Assembly (NCBI GenBank): GCA_001189075.1
Contig: LFCN01000006.1
Coordinates: forward strand, 321,746 to 385,745
Reading direction: 5' to 3'
From: Parcubacteria bacterium C7867-004
GTDB taxonomy: Bacteria > Patescibacteriota > Minisyncoccia > Phycocordibacterales > Phycocordibacteraceae
Length of the DNA stretch: 64,000 bases
The notes under the pieces are model-generated. The model did no database searches and was not told the DNA's origin. It saw nothing but the letters and a program-made list of their open reading frames with translations. Positions within the stretch are counted from its first letter, which is position 1, and the number at the start of each line of letters is the position of its first letter. A program made the position numbers and the translations under genes. Positions 19,405-28,625 of the stretch are shown piece by piece.

Positions 19405-20658
19405 CTATTTCTTGTGGCGGCGCAGGAAGTTCGGGATAGCTCCCCAAGCCTCGTCATCCTCTTCAGGAGCGCTCTGGTTGGCGCGCGCTGATGGGGGAAC
19501 GACGCTTTCTTCGCGTGGCTTTGGGGTCGCGGTAACGATAGGCTCCTCGCGACGTACGGGCTCCGGAGCAGGAGCGGGTTCTGGTGCAGGAGTGGCCGGA
19601 CGCGCCTCGTTGAAGATCTTTCCGCGAGTCTCTTCCTGCTGAGCCGGCTCCATAGCAAAGAGGGAACGCTCGATACCGCCCTGCTGGTTCTCGCCCTCGC
19701 CCTCGGGGAAGCCGGTAGCGATGACGATGATGCGGATCTGGCCCTTCTTAAGCTTCTCGTCGCGCATGATACCGAAGATAACCTTCGCGGACTTGTCGAC
19801 GGAGTCGGAGACAACTTTCGCCGCTTCCTGGACCTCGAGGATGCCGAGATCGTCGGCGCCGGCGACAACGAAGAGCACGCCCTTAGCGCCCGTTATAGAG
19901 ACATCGAGGAGCGGGGAGTTAACGGCCTGTGCGGCTGCGTCCTGCGCACGCCTGTCGCCGTCAGCGATACCGATACCCATGAGGGCAGGACCCGCGCCCT
20001 CCATGATGGCCTTGATGTCGTTGAAGTCGGTGTTGATCTCTCCCGGGGTGGTGATGATGTCGGAGACGCCTTCGACTGCCTGGCGGAGGATCTCATCGGC
20101 CAGTGCGAACGCGCTCTTGGCGCTGGTCTGTGCTTCGACGATAGCGAGGAGCTTATCGTTCGGGATGACGATGAACGCATCAACTTCCTTCTTGAGGTCA
20201 GCGAGGCCGCGGTCAGCGATCTCCTTGCGCTGGAGTCCTTCGAATGAGAACGGACGAGTCACAACAGCGACGGTGAGTGCGCCGAGTTCCTTCGCGATCT
20301 TCGCAACGGTGGTCGAAGCACCAGTACCGGTACCGCCGCCCATGCCGCAGGTGATGAACACCATGTCCGAGCCCTGAAGCGCCTCCTGGATCTCCTGGCG
20401 CGTCTCTTCCGCCGCACGGCGTCCGAGATCAGGATTCATTCCTGCCCCGAGACCCTTCGTGAGGTTCTTGCCGATGTGGATCTTCCGCTTGGCGAGCGAG
20501 CGGTGGAGGTCCTGCGCATCGGTGTTGATGGCGATGAACTCCACGCCCTTCACCTTGGAGTTGATCATGTGATTCACGGCATTGCTACCGGAACCGCCGC
20601 AGCCGACGACGCGGATGCGAGCGAACGTTTCGACTTCGGGTTCTACACGCTTGGACAT
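19405..20658 (-). CDS. ftsZ: cell division protein FtsZ
   Basis: Tubulin signature GGGTGTGAS and N-terminal IRVVGCGGSGSNAVNHM. C-terminal Pro/Glu/Ala-rich linker (PAPEPAPAPEP). Confidence 0.95.
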   Translation of the reverse strand: MSKRVEPEVETFARIRVVGCGGSGSNAVNHMINSKVKGVEFIAINTDAQDLHRSLAKRKIHIGKNLTKGLGAGMNPDLGRRAAEETRQEIQEALQGSDMVFITCGMGGGTGTGASTTVAKIAKELGALTVAVVTRPFSFEGLQRKEIADRGLADLKKEVDAFIVIPNDKLLAIVEAQTSAKSAFALADEILRQAVEGVSDIITTPGEINTDFNDIKAIMEGAGPALMGIGIADGDRRAQDAAAQAVNSPLLDVSITGAKGVLFVVAGADDLGILEVQEAAKVVSDSVDKSAKVIFGIMRDEKLKKGQIRIIVIATGFPEGEGENQQGGIERSLFAMEPAQQEETRGKIFNEARPATPAPEPAPAPEPVRREEPIVTATPKPREESVVPPSARANQSAPEEDDEAWGAIPNFLRRHKK

Positions 20659-20801
20659 AGGTAAATGCTGGGCCGATAAGTGAGGTCTGGCTCATCATAC
20701 CAGTACTGTGAGGTCTGGGAAGAGTGACAAGAGGGGAAAGTGTGTCGGAGAAAAAGCACCGTTTCCAGTCTTTTCATACGTATTCGCGGCGGTCTAGTCC
20801 C

Positions 20802-21968
20802 TTACGGCAAGAATTGCTTGAGGAATTTCTGCGCAGTGGCGACGAAATCGATCATGGTTGATTTTTTCGGGGTGTCGGTGTCGCCGGTAAGTCCCCAGAG
20901 CGCAAGGCCATAGGCAACGGCCCAAGTGGCGTCGCGCACTTTCGTCTCCGGCGGAACCTTGAGGTCGGCGATACGGGAAGGAAGGTTGAGGGTTCCTTTG
21001 GCGATATCGATGATGGAGCCCTGGCCGCTCGCTCCTCCGGAGATGATGATGCCGGCAGGGAGCGTGCCGCGACGACCGAGTACCTTGAGATGCTTATCAA
21101 TAAGCTCGAACATGGTACGGAAGCGGGTGGTAACTATTTCCTCGACGCGCTTGCGCGGATACATCGCGCCGCCGAGACGACCGAGCTTGAGGCGCTCCGC
21201 GTCCTCGATGGAGACCTTGAATCCGAGCGCGAGATCGTCGGTGATATTGGTCGAGCCGATAGGGAATACTTTTACGGAAATAGGGAGGCCTTCGTCATAC
21301 ACCACGATAGACACGGTCTCAGCACCAATGTTTGCGAGAACGCAGCCCTTCATCTTCTGGTCCTTGGTGAGAGTCACATAGGAGCCGGCGAGCGGGGAGG
21401 CCATGCGGTCGATAACCTCGACGTCAGCGGCCTCAGCGCATGCGGTGAGGGCCTCTGCGTGCTGGGTAAGGCAGGTGACGAAGAGGTACTCGCCTTCAAG
21501 GCGGGTGCCCTTGAGACCGATCGGCTCTCCGAGCGACTTTGCGCCGTCCACGCGGAAGGAAAGCGGGATCTCATGGAGGATGGTGCGATTAAGGAAATGG
21601 GGTTTCGCTGCCTCGCGCGCCATATCGAGTACCTTCTCGAGATCGAGATCGGTTATCTCCTGGTCAGCGCGCGAGATGATGGTCTCGCCGCTCGCACGGA
21701 TCTCGTCGAGTGAGATGCCGCCGATGGCGAGGAATCCTTTCTTGATGGGTACGCGCGCGATCTGCTCCGCCTGCTGGCGCGCAAGCCTCACTGAGGCCGC
21801 GGCGTCCTCGGTATCGACGACGTACCCGTGGCGCATGCCACGGCTCTCGGCGAGGCCCGTACCGATGATATGAAGTTCCGGCCCCTCCGGCGTCTGCACC
21901 TCTTCTACCACCACGACTTTCGTCTGGTGCGTGCCGATATCAATGCCGGTGGCGATTCGTCGGGGCAT
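20802..21968 (-). CDS. ftsA: cell division protein FtsA
   Basis: Actin-like ATPase. GIDIGTHQTKVVVVE N-terminus and GGASGQGS phosphate-2 motif. Located immediately upstream of ftsZ. Confidence 0.85.
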   Translation of the reverse strand: MPRRIATGIDIGTHQTKVVVVEEVQTPEGPELHIIGTGLAESRGMRHGYVVDTEDAAASVRLARQQAEQIARVPIKKGFLAIGGISLDEIRASGETIISRADQEITDLDLEKVLDMAREAAKPHFLNRTILHEIPLSFRVDGAKSLGEPIGLKGTRLEGEYLFVTCLTQHAEALTACAEAADVEVIDRMASPLAGSYVTLTKDQKMKGCVLANIGAETVSIVVYDEGLPISVKVFPIGSTNITDDLALGFKVSIEDAERLKLGRLGGAMYPRKRVEEIVTTRFRTMFELIDKHLKVLGRRGTLPAGIIISGGASGQGSIIDIAKGTLNLPSRIADLKVPPETKVRDATWAVAYGLALWGLTGDTDTPKKSTMIDFVATAQKFLKQFLP

Positions 21969-22368
21969 GTGAAGAAGAGCGTGAAGAACGATTAGTAAGA
22001 CGCTTGAGGATCAAGCGTTCCTGTCGCTCCATTGTAGTGCCGTGTGCCTGTCCTTTCAAATGCAGACATCCGTGGATAAAGAGGAATCCGACGAATTCAG
22101 TATAGTGCATGCCATAGTCGGGAGCCTGTTTCTTTGCAACCTCGAGACAGATGATGATCTCGCCGCTGTGCTTCCCGGTCTCGTACGAGAGAACATTCGG
22201 CACGTAATCTTTTTTGCGAAGCACTTCATTCAGATGCTTCGCCCGCTTCGTACCAGAAAATACGAGCGACATATCCCAGCCGGGAAGGGTAGCAGCGAGT
22301 GCCTTGGCATACGGAAAGTTCGGCACCGGCTGGCGCGTGAAGTTGCGAGTATCGAGCATGCTCTTCAT
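21940..22368 (-). CDS. ybeY: rRNA maturation endoribonuclease YbeY
   Basis: Zinc-binding motif HGCLHLKGQAH (HGxLHLxGxxH). 142 aa. 3' end overlaps the annotated ftsA start by ~29 nt. Confidence 0.7.
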   Translation of the reverse strand: MKSMLDTRNFTRQPVPNFPYAKALAATLPGWDMSLVFSGTKRAKHLNEVLRKKDYVPNVLSYETGKHSGEIIICLEVAKKQAPDYGMHYTEFVGFLFIHGCLHLKGQAHGTTMERQERLILKRLTNRSSRSSSHAPTNRHRH

Positions 22369-22411
22369 CAGTTCGAGTATAAACGAAAAGAGCGCCGGAA
22401 GGCGCTCTATC

Positions 22412-22672
22412 CTACTTGCGGCCGCGGGTCTTGCGGGCAGCCGGATCGATCTTCCCGAGCTTCACCTGCTCGTTGTAAGCGGCGCGGCGGGCTCCAGCGA
22501 CCATGGCGCGCATGTGGTCCACGTTCTTGGACTTGGTACGTGCGTAATAGCGGCGCTTCCTGAGGGCACGAACGAGACCGAGGCCCTGGCCACGGCGGGA
22601 GAAACGGCGGATGAGCGAGGCTGAGCTCTCGTTCTTACCGCGCTTGACCTCTACGCGTACTGCGTTTTGCAT
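22412..22672 (-). CDS. rpsU: 30S ribosomal protein bS21
   Basis: 86 aa, highly basic. SLIRRFSRR..RKRRYYARTKSK matches the S21 pattern ALRRFKR..RRREFYEKPT. Confidence 0.6.
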   Translation of the reverse strand: MQNAVRVEVKRGKNESSASLIRRFSRRGQGLGLVRALRKRRYYARTKSKNVDHMRAMVAGARRAAYNEQVKLGKIDPAARKTRGRK

Positions 22673-22711
22673 ATCAGGAGAATAGCATAGCGAATAGCCC
22701 TATGTCTAGCC

Positions 22712-23875
22712 TTACGCTACGAGCTTGAGGCGGTCTATAAGACCATCGAGCGGCAGGAAGATCTCGGTGTGGGTGGAGCGCTCCCGGAGGATCACATTGC
22801 GCTCGAGTGCCTCTTTTCGTCCCATGATGAGGAGGTATTGCGGGTCGGCAAGGTCCGCCAGGCGCATCTGCTCTGAAAGCGAAGCGACGCCCATGGCTTG
22901 GGTAAGCGGGATGCGGGCACGGCGGAGGTCGTCAGCCATCTTCATGCTCTCGCGCTTGGCTTCGTCACCGATATGCACGAAGACGAAGCGAGGCGCTCCG
23001 CGCTCTTTCACGGGCGTGACCTGTTCGCGTCCGTCGGAGGCTATGCGGATAACTGCGCCTACCGAATGCACGCCGCTCTTGAAGAACGGGCGCGTAAGAT
23101 CATTGTAGCGGGAGCCCCAGGCGGTCCCGTCCGGCGTCTCAACCGTGAAGCAAGTCTCGGTCCAAGAGGCACCCCGGGAAAGCAGGCTCGGGACGAGCTC
23201 GTACGGCGTGTCGGTGGTCTCAAGATACTCGAGTACCGCCTCGAAGTGCTTGCGGCTCGCTTCCGAGAGGTGATCGGTCGGGCTCGGCATGCCGTCCGCC
23301 TCTTCCTTCATGCAGGCGAGGAGCTCCGCGGCTTCGAATACTTCGCCCTGGCGCGCACGCTCCACGCAATCGGTCGGAAGGATCGGTCCGTGTTTGCGGA
23401 AGAATTGGGTAAGCTCCCGCGCAAAGCGGCTGCGCGTCTCGCGATCGCCCATACTGTTCAATTTCAGATGCGGCTCGGACTTGGAAAGGTCGCCGAGCAG
23501 GGAACGCACGGTGCGGATGAGAACCGCGTCAGCAATAGCGTGCTCCACGCCGAGCACATGGAACTGTATGAGAATCTGCTTCGGTGCGGGACGCCCTGCA
23601 GCGATGTTCGTGTGCCACAGAAAGAGCGGCTGAGTATTAGATGGCGTGATGCCGGCATCACGCACCTGTTTCAGGAGCGAGACAACCTCGCGCGCACTCG
23701 GATCAAGAGCTTCGAGATTGAGTCCGTCGGGATAGGGACCGCGAGCGCCTTTCCCGCGGTTAGCGAGCGCGAGTTGCGAGAGAGGGGTGAATCCATAATA
23801 GTTTCCGACTGCGTGTGCGCGCTTGAGGATGTCGCTCGGTTCACGAACGGCGCGATGTGCAGTGGCGGTACTCAT
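22712..23875 (-). CDS. histidyl-tRNA synthetase-like class II aaRS (divergent)
   Basis: N-terminal GNYYGFTPL, QFHVLGVE (compare HisRS QFHQLGCE), LKLNSMGDRETR (compare LELNSIGSLEAR), and a C-terminal anticodon-binding-like domain PQYLLIMGRKEALERNVILRE. Motif-2 arginines and the RPEGT segment appear substituted. Confidence 0.5.
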   Translation of the reverse strand: MSTATAHRAVREPSDILKRAHAVGNYYGFTPLSQLALANRGKGARGPYPDGLNLEALDPSAREVVSLLKQVRDAGITPSNTQPLFLWHTNIAAGRPAPKQILIQFHVLGVEHAIADAVLIRTVRSLLGDLSKSEPHLKLNSMGDRETRSRFARELTQFFRKHGPILPTDCVERARQGEVFEAAELLACMKEEADGMPSPTDHLSEASRKHFEAVLEYLETTDTPYELVPSLLSRGASWTETCFTVETPDGTAWGSRYNDLTRPFFKSGVHSVGAVIRIASDGREQVTPVKERGAPRFVFVHIGDEAKRESMKMADDLRRARIPLTQAMGVASLSEQMRLADLADPQYLLIMGRKEALERNVILRERSTHTEIFLPLDGLIDRLKLVA

Positions 23876-24423
23876 TGGATTTCGGTAACGGCTCCAGGAA
23901 GGACACCCGTCTTTCCGGCAGGAAGCAGGCGGATGTACGCGCGGCCCATGAGATCTTCCTTCGGAAGGACGCCCCAGGTGCGCGAGTCCGAGCTGCGCGG
24001 ACGATTGTCGCCCATAACGAAGTACTGATCGGTGCCGAGGCTGCGATCGAGCGTGTAGGTAGCGTCTTCTGCTACGACATAGGATTCATCGAGCTCGATC
24101 TCCATGCCATCGGTCTTGGTGATGCTCGTCTTACCTTTGTTTATGTGAACGGTCTCACCGGGAAGGCCGATGATGCGCTTTATATAGAAGACTTTCGGGT
24201 TTATCGGATAGCGGAACACGACGACATCGCCGCGTTTCGGATTCTCGAGACGGTAGGTGAGCTGGTCGACGATGAGATAGTCGCCGCTCTCGAACGTCGG
24301 GAACATGCTGTCTCCCTCAACGACGAATGGCTGCGCAACGAACACGCGTAGTGGCGCGACGATGATAAGGGCAAGGATTGCGAGAAAGAAAATCTCTTTG
24401 AACGCACCCCCGGGAACTTTCAT
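23872..24423 (-). CDS. lepB: signal peptidase I
   Basis: N-terminal TM helix, catalytic Ser box EGDSMFPTF, Lys box YIKRIIGLPGETV, C-terminal GDNRPRSSDSR. Confidence 0.85.
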   Translation of the reverse strand: MKVPGGAFKEIFFLAILALIIVAPLRVFVAQPFVVEGDSMFPTFESGDYLIVDQLTYRLENPKRGDVVVFRYPINPKVFYIKRIIGLPGETVHINKGKTSITKTDGMEIELDESYVVAEDATYTLDRSLGTDQYFVMGDNRPRSSDSRTWGVLPKEDLMGRAYIRLLPAGKTGVLPGAVTEIQ

Positions 24424-24716
24424 GCGCGTATTGTATTCCTCTTAGTTGGCGCGTCAACTTTTCTGCTTCTTGCACGACGCACATCGTATGAAATGCAACA
24501 GGAGCGGGGTCGTCGCAAGCGACGACCCCATCCGAATGCATGCATGAGAAACGATCAGGTTGATAGGGCTTGTCCAAACTCTACACGGGGCCTGTCTCAT
24601 CGGCGTTCTGCAGCAGCATACGGCGCTTCCCCAACGGAAACACGTGAACTCTCCTGCTCGAATCGTACACCCGTTGCGTGCGGGCGCGCAGGTTATCCCC
24701 CTGCTATGATGCGCGC

Positions 24717-25478
24717 ATGAGAATAGAGGAGCTGATGCTCAAGAATCGCGACGGGAAGCGCATGCCGGCAACGGTATCGCTCCCTGACGGGGTGCAGAAA
24801 GGCGTCGCGATTATATTGCACGGAGTAGGCGGATGGAAAGATCAGAATCTGCATGTCGTAGTCGCGTCTACGCTCGCTGAAGAAGGCTACGCGGTGTTCA
24901 GATTTTCGGAATCTGACGCGGTGACGAGCCCGGACGGCGACTTCTTCCACGAGACGATGACCCAATACGGCAAGGACCTGGAAGATGCGATCGCGCACCT
25001 ACAAGAACAGTCCTGGTTCCAGGGCACGTTCGTGCTCATCGGGCATTCCATGGGCGGCTTACTCGCCACGTGGTATGCGGCGAGACATACCGAAGCAGTA
25101 TCGAAGCTCGTACTGCTCGCGCCTGCCATCTCCTGGAAGATGATGTGGTGGGGTCAGTTGCCGTTCGCGCTCCTTACGATCGTCCGCGGGCATGTCATGA
25201 AGCTCGGCATCGACGGGAAGAAGTATCTGCTCAGTCCGTTGTGGTGGCTCGATTTCTTCACATTCGATGGCTATGCGTACGCACGAAAGATAGACGTGCC
25301 GACATTGATCATCTCTGCCGAGCGTGATCATACGGTCGCGAAGCCGCGCGAGCATCGGATCTATACTCGGTTTTTTACAAGCGCCGAGCATTCGACGATA
25401 AGCTGGGCTGATCATGACTTCACGGGGTACGAAAGCGAACTGGCTGATACAATACGGAAATGGCTTACGTCATCCTAG
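24717..25478 (+). CDS. alpha/beta hydrolase fold protein
   Basis: Nucleophile elbow GHSMGG and oxyanion-type HGVGG. Start chosen at MRIEELML. Confidence 0.65.
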   Translation: MRIEELMLKNRDGKRMPATVSLPDGVQKGVAIILHGVGGWKDQNLHVVVASTLAEEGYAVFRFSESDAVTSPDGDFFHETMTQYGKDLEDAIAHLQEQSWFQGTFVLIGHSMGGLLATWYAARHTEAVSKLVLLAPAISWKMMWWGQLPFALLTIVRGHVMKLGIDGKKYLLSPLWWLDFFTFDGYAYARKIDVPTLIISAERDHTVAKPREHRIYTRFFTSAEHSTISWADHDFTGYESELADTIRKWLTSS

Positions 25479-26059
25479 GGCTTGGGAATCCAGGCGCAGA
25501 ATACGCGAAGACCCGGCATAACGCCGGAAGGATGGTCGCGGAGCTTCTTGCGAAAGAGGAAGGTCTTTCACCGTTTACACTTAAGAAGACAGCACAGGCG
25601 CTCGTGTCAGATGGCACTCTCGACGGAGAGAAGACCGTCATCGCGCTCCCGGAAGTATTCATGAATCACTCGGGAAAGACCGCGCTCGCATTGGTGAAGT
25701 CGAAGGCGGCCGCAAAGAAGCTGCTCGTGATCCGTGACGATCTCGACCTCCCGCTCGGCGTCATCAAGATGACCGGATACGGGCGAGGCGCAGGGGGCCA
25801 TAAGGGAATCGAGAGCATCATGCGCGCTTTGAAGACGAAGGACTTCGCGCAGATGAAGATCGGCATCTCGGGATCGACCCCTAAAGGAAAGCTGAAGAAG
25901 GTCTCTGGCGAAGAGAAGGTTATAAGTCACGTCATCGGGAAGTTCAAGCCGGCGGAGGAAGCGGTGCTCAAGAAGACGCTCAAGAAAGCATCGGAAGCGG
26001 CGCGGTTATTCGTCTCCGACGGCATCGAGAAGGCGATGCTCGTCGCCAATACGAAATAA
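25460..26059 (+). CDS. pth: peptidyl-tRNA hydrolase
   Basis: VILGLGNPGAEYAKTRHNAG N-terminus is characteristic of Pth. 199 aa. Confidence 0.9.
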   Translation: MAYVILGLGNPGAEYAKTRHNAGRMVAELLAKEEGLSPFTLKKTAQALVSDGTLDGEKTVIALPEVFMNHSGKTALALVKSKAAAKKLLVIRDDLDLPLGVIKMTGYGRGAGGHKGIESIMRALKTKDFAQMKIGISGSTPKGKLKKVSGEEKVISHVIGKFKPAEEAVLKKTLKKASEAARLFVSDGIEKAMLVANTK

Positions 26060-26116
26060 TTGACCCTGATTCGTTCGAGCGTACACTGCAGCGGTAGCGG
26101 TCCTTGGGAGGACAGA

Positions 26117-26458
26117 ATGGTAAAAGATACGGATCAGCCGCCGGGCATCGCGATACTTCAGGATCATCTAGGCTTTTCCGTCCCCTCTCGACTGCCCGGA
26201 TCGCTCGTTCGTTGCGTAGTGCTCTCATACGGGAACGGCAGTTTCGAATCGATGCGGTTACGTGTGCATATCATCCCGTCCGGGAGGCATCGACTTCCCG
26301 GGTTCGGTCGACGTACACGCCACCATGTCGTCAAGTGGTGGAAATTCCCTTCGGTTGAGAATGCGATTGTCCTTCTCACTATGAAAGAGGCGCGCGATCT
26401 CGAAAAGCAGTTTTCGTTCCTTATGGATGGGATGGGGAATAAGGTTGGAAGGAAATAA
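26117..26458 (+). CDS. hypothetical protein
   Basis: 113-aa ORF starting MVKDTDQ with GGGAGG RBS 8 nt upstream. Ends just before a bidirectional terminator. Composition is plausible but there is no recognisable motif. Confidence 0.3.
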   Translation: MVKDTDQPPGIAILQDHLGFSVPSRLPGSLVRCVVLSYGNGSFESMRLRVHIIPSGRHRLPGFGRRTRHHVVKWWKFPSVENAIVLLTMKEARDLEKQFSFLMDGMGNKVGRK

Positions 26459-26459
26459 A

Positions 26460-26496
26460 AGACGCCCGAAGCGGATGCTTCGGGCGCTTTCTTTGT
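26460..26496. terminator. bidirectional rho-independent terminator
   Basis: GCGCCCGAAG-CGGATG-CTTCGGGCGC followed by TTTCTTTG. Lies downstream of rpsA (-) and of the plus-strand ORF. Confidence 0.7.
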
Positions 26497-26507
26497 ATTA
26501 CGAGCTC

Positions 26508-27641
26508 TTACTTCTTCTTTCCTGCGTATGCGAGCGTCATGCGCTGGTCCTTCGGTTCGAAGAGGGTGATCGTGAACGGGTAGGTCTTGCCGAGCTCGAG
26601 CTCCTCGCGAAGCGTCGATGGGGAAGCGAACTCGCTGATGTGCACCAGTCCGGCGACGCCTTCCTCGATGGAAGCGAGCGCGCCGTGCTTGTTGTACTTG
26701 ATGATGACACCGGAGACTTCCATGCCCTTCTGGTACCGCTCGGACGCGGTCTTCCATGGGTTCTCCTTGAGCGCCTTCACCGAAAGCGATACCTTGCCAT
26801 CCTTCACTTCGATGACCTTCACCTTTACGGTGTCACCGACCTTGAAGAGCGTGCGAGGATCCTCAACGAGTCCCCAATCGAGCTCCGAGATGTGCACGAG
26901 GCCCTCAAGACCCTGCTCGAGCTTCACGAAGACACCGAAGTCGACAGCGCCCGTGACCTCGCCGTCAACGACGTCGCCAACCTGGTACTTGTCGACGAGC
27001 GATGCCTTCTCGTTCTCCTCATCGCCCTGACGCTCGGAGAAGATGAGCTTGCCCTCCTTCGCGTCGGCCGTGATGATTCGGACCGAAAGCATGGTGCCGG
27101 CGAGCTTCTGCAGCTCCTGGAAGATCTTGTCCTTATCACCCTCGGGAACGCGTGGGTAGTGGTCCTTCGTAAGCTGGGACGCAGGGAGGAAGCCTTGGAT
27201 GCCCTGCCACGAGAGGATGAGTCCACCCTTGTTCGCCTCGTCAACCGTGAGGGTGTAGACGGCCTGTGAGGCGATAGCCTGCTCAGCTTCGCTCCAGATA
27301 GCAGCCTGACGAGCCTCCTTAAGGGAAAGCTCGATGTAGCCGTCGAGGCCGGCGGCATCGACAACCTTTGCTGAAATAGTGTCGCCCGGATTCGCCTTGC
27401 GGAGAACGTCTGCGGCGTTGAGGTACTCGCGACCGTAGATGATGCCGGTACCGAATGGCGGGAGGTCGACATAGAGACGACCGCGCACGAGCTCGATGAT
27501 GGTTCCCTCGACGAGGTCGCCGACGCGCGGAGGCACCGGGATCGAATCGATGAGCTTCTCCATCGCGTGACCCTCGGGGATCACGATGGTTGAGACGACC
27601 GGCGGAGCCTTGCGCTCCTGCGTCTGCGTTTCTTCTGGCAT
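26508..27641 (-). CDS. rpsA: 30S ribosomal protein S1 (short, four S1 domains)
   Basis: Repeated S1 OB-fold segments (GDLVEGTIIEL.., GDTISAKVVDA.., GDVVDGEVTGAVDFGVFVKL.., GDTVKVKVIEVKDGKVSLSVKA). Confidence 0.8.
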   Translation of the reverse strand: MPEETQTQERKAPPVVSTIVIPEGHAMEKLIDSIPVPPRVGDLVEGTIIELVRGRLYVDLPPFGTGIIYGREYLNAADVLRKANPGDTISAKVVDAAGLDGYIELSLKEARQAAIWSEAEQAIASQAVYTLTVDEANKGGLILSWQGIQGFLPASQLTKDHYPRVPEGDKDKIFQELQKLAGTMLSVRIITADAKEGKLIFSERQGDEENEKASLVDKYQVGDVVDGEVTGAVDFGVFVKLEQGLEGLVHISELDWGLVEDPRTLFKVGDTVKVKVIEVKDGKVSLSVKALKENPWKTASERYQKGMEVSGVIIKYNKHGALASIEEGVAGLVHISEFASPSTLREELELGKTYPFTITLFEPKDQRMTLAYAGKKK

Positions 27642-27745
27642 GTAGTAATTGGCGGGGCGTCGTGTGCGATGGGTACTAGCTACCGTGAGGCATGCTAGGG
27701 ATAGCCCATTCGCGGCCTATATACGCCCGCGCGATAGGGGATTTG

Positions 27746-27758
27746 TAGCACGGAATGC
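27746..27758 (+). repeat. 13-nt direct repeat TAGCACGGAATGC (copy 1)
   Basis: Exact 13-mer recurs at 28016-28028. Both lie in the 535-nt noncoding interval upstream of rpsA. Confidence 0.5.
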
Positions 27759-28015
27759 ATAAAAAAAGAAGCCCCGGAGGACTTTTGGAAAGATCGGACA
27801 CCCTTACGGCTTGCCGGATGTTCGGGCAGGCCGAGGTGTTTTTGGTGTTGCTCCCTGAGTCACGGCTTCGATCTCGAAAGCGTCGACCGGATGCAGGAAA
27901 CCCCTCCTGCATACGCGGGCGGTGGGGCCGACTATGCCGGCAGTGCGACGGGCATGTGCTATCACGCGCTGAACCTTCTCTAGAACATTCGAACTCAAAC
28001 GAGATGCTCGTATCA

Positions 28016-28028
28016 TAGCACGGAATGC
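28016..28028 (+). repeat. 13-nt direct repeat TAGCACGGAATGC (copy 2)
   Basis: See copy 1. The copies are separated by about 270 nt with no convincing CDS between them. Confidence 0.5.
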
Positions 28029-28138
28029 CAACGTGTCGAGGTGGGTATAAAACGACAAAAGGCTTCCGGTGAGGAAGTCTTTGTACTTGATCCGCAAGCG
28101 AATCAAAGAAAGTTCATAGAAAACCGATGAAGGGCGGG

Positions 28139-28162
28139 TCGGGGGTGGCGCTGGGCCACCCC
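28139..28162 (-). terminator. hairpin terminator downstream of the lipoprotein gene
   Basis: GGGGGTGGC-GCTGG-GCCACCCCC with a perfect 9-bp stem. The minus strand continues with a U-rich tract. Confidence 0.4.
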
Positions 28163-28176
28163 CTCTTCTCCGCGGT

Positions 28177-28557
28177 TCAGGCCGTCATGTGGCCGGAGTC
28201 GTCGGCGCCGCCCAGGTGCACGTGGCCGATGCGTTCGCTCGGCTGCCCGGTGTCGGTCGGCGACGTTTCGGTGATGCCGGAGCCGCTGGCGGTGTCGCCG
28301 AGGCCGTTGTCGATCATCGCCACGTGGCCGCTGTCGGAGCCGTTGCCCACCAGGTCGCTGCGCAGGTCCTTCATCGAGGCGCCGCCCGCGGTGATGCCGG
28401 AGCCGTCGTCCACGCTGATCAGGCCGCTGCCGCCGCTGTCGATGCCGGTCACGCGCGTCGGGTTCTGCAGGGTGCCGAAGCCGGCGGCCATGGAGCGATC
28501 GATACCTGAGCATGCGAGAGCCATCGCGGCCCCCATCATCAAATTCATGGTCTTCAT
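28177..28557 (-). CDS. small secreted lipoprotein, Gly/Ser/Asp-rich with short internal repeats
   Basis: 126 aa. Signal peptide with lipobox MKTMNLMMGAAMALAC-SG. Mature part has ~18-aa repeats (GIDSGGSGLISVDDGSGITAGGAS / SGHVAMIDNGLGDTASGSG / GHVHLGGADDSGHMTA). AGGA RBS 9 nt upstream. Lies in a ~70% GC island. Confidence 0.5.
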   Translation of the reverse strand: MKTMNLMMGAAMALACSGIDRSMAAGFGTLQNPTRVTGIDSGGSGLISVDDGSGITAGGASMKDLRSDLVGNGSDSGHVAMIDNGLGDTASGSGITETSPTDTGQPSERIGHVHLGGADDSGHMTA

Positions 28558-28625
28558 GTCGAAGTCCTCGCTTGCAAGTCGCCTCGTCCATTCGCTCGGA
28601 GTGAGCTAAGGCCGGCAACTTCGGA

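Noticed and set aside
19405-19560. PAPEPAPAPEP repeat at the FtsZ C-terminus
   Set aside because: This is a normal low-complexity FtsZ linker, not a repeat element or CRISPR-like array.
26164-26757. 197-aa minus-strand ORF overlapping the rpsA 3' end and the 26117..26458 ORF
   Set aside because: It crosses the bidirectional terminator at 26460-26496. Its product is Arg-rich with no plausible start context.
27755-28018. 87-aa ORF spanning exactly from the first to the second TAGCACGGAATGC repeat
   Set aside because: The product is Arg/Cys/Ser-rich and not protein-like, and there is no RBS. The interval is more likely noncoding RNA or regulatory DNA, although the coincidence with the repeats is noted in the findings.
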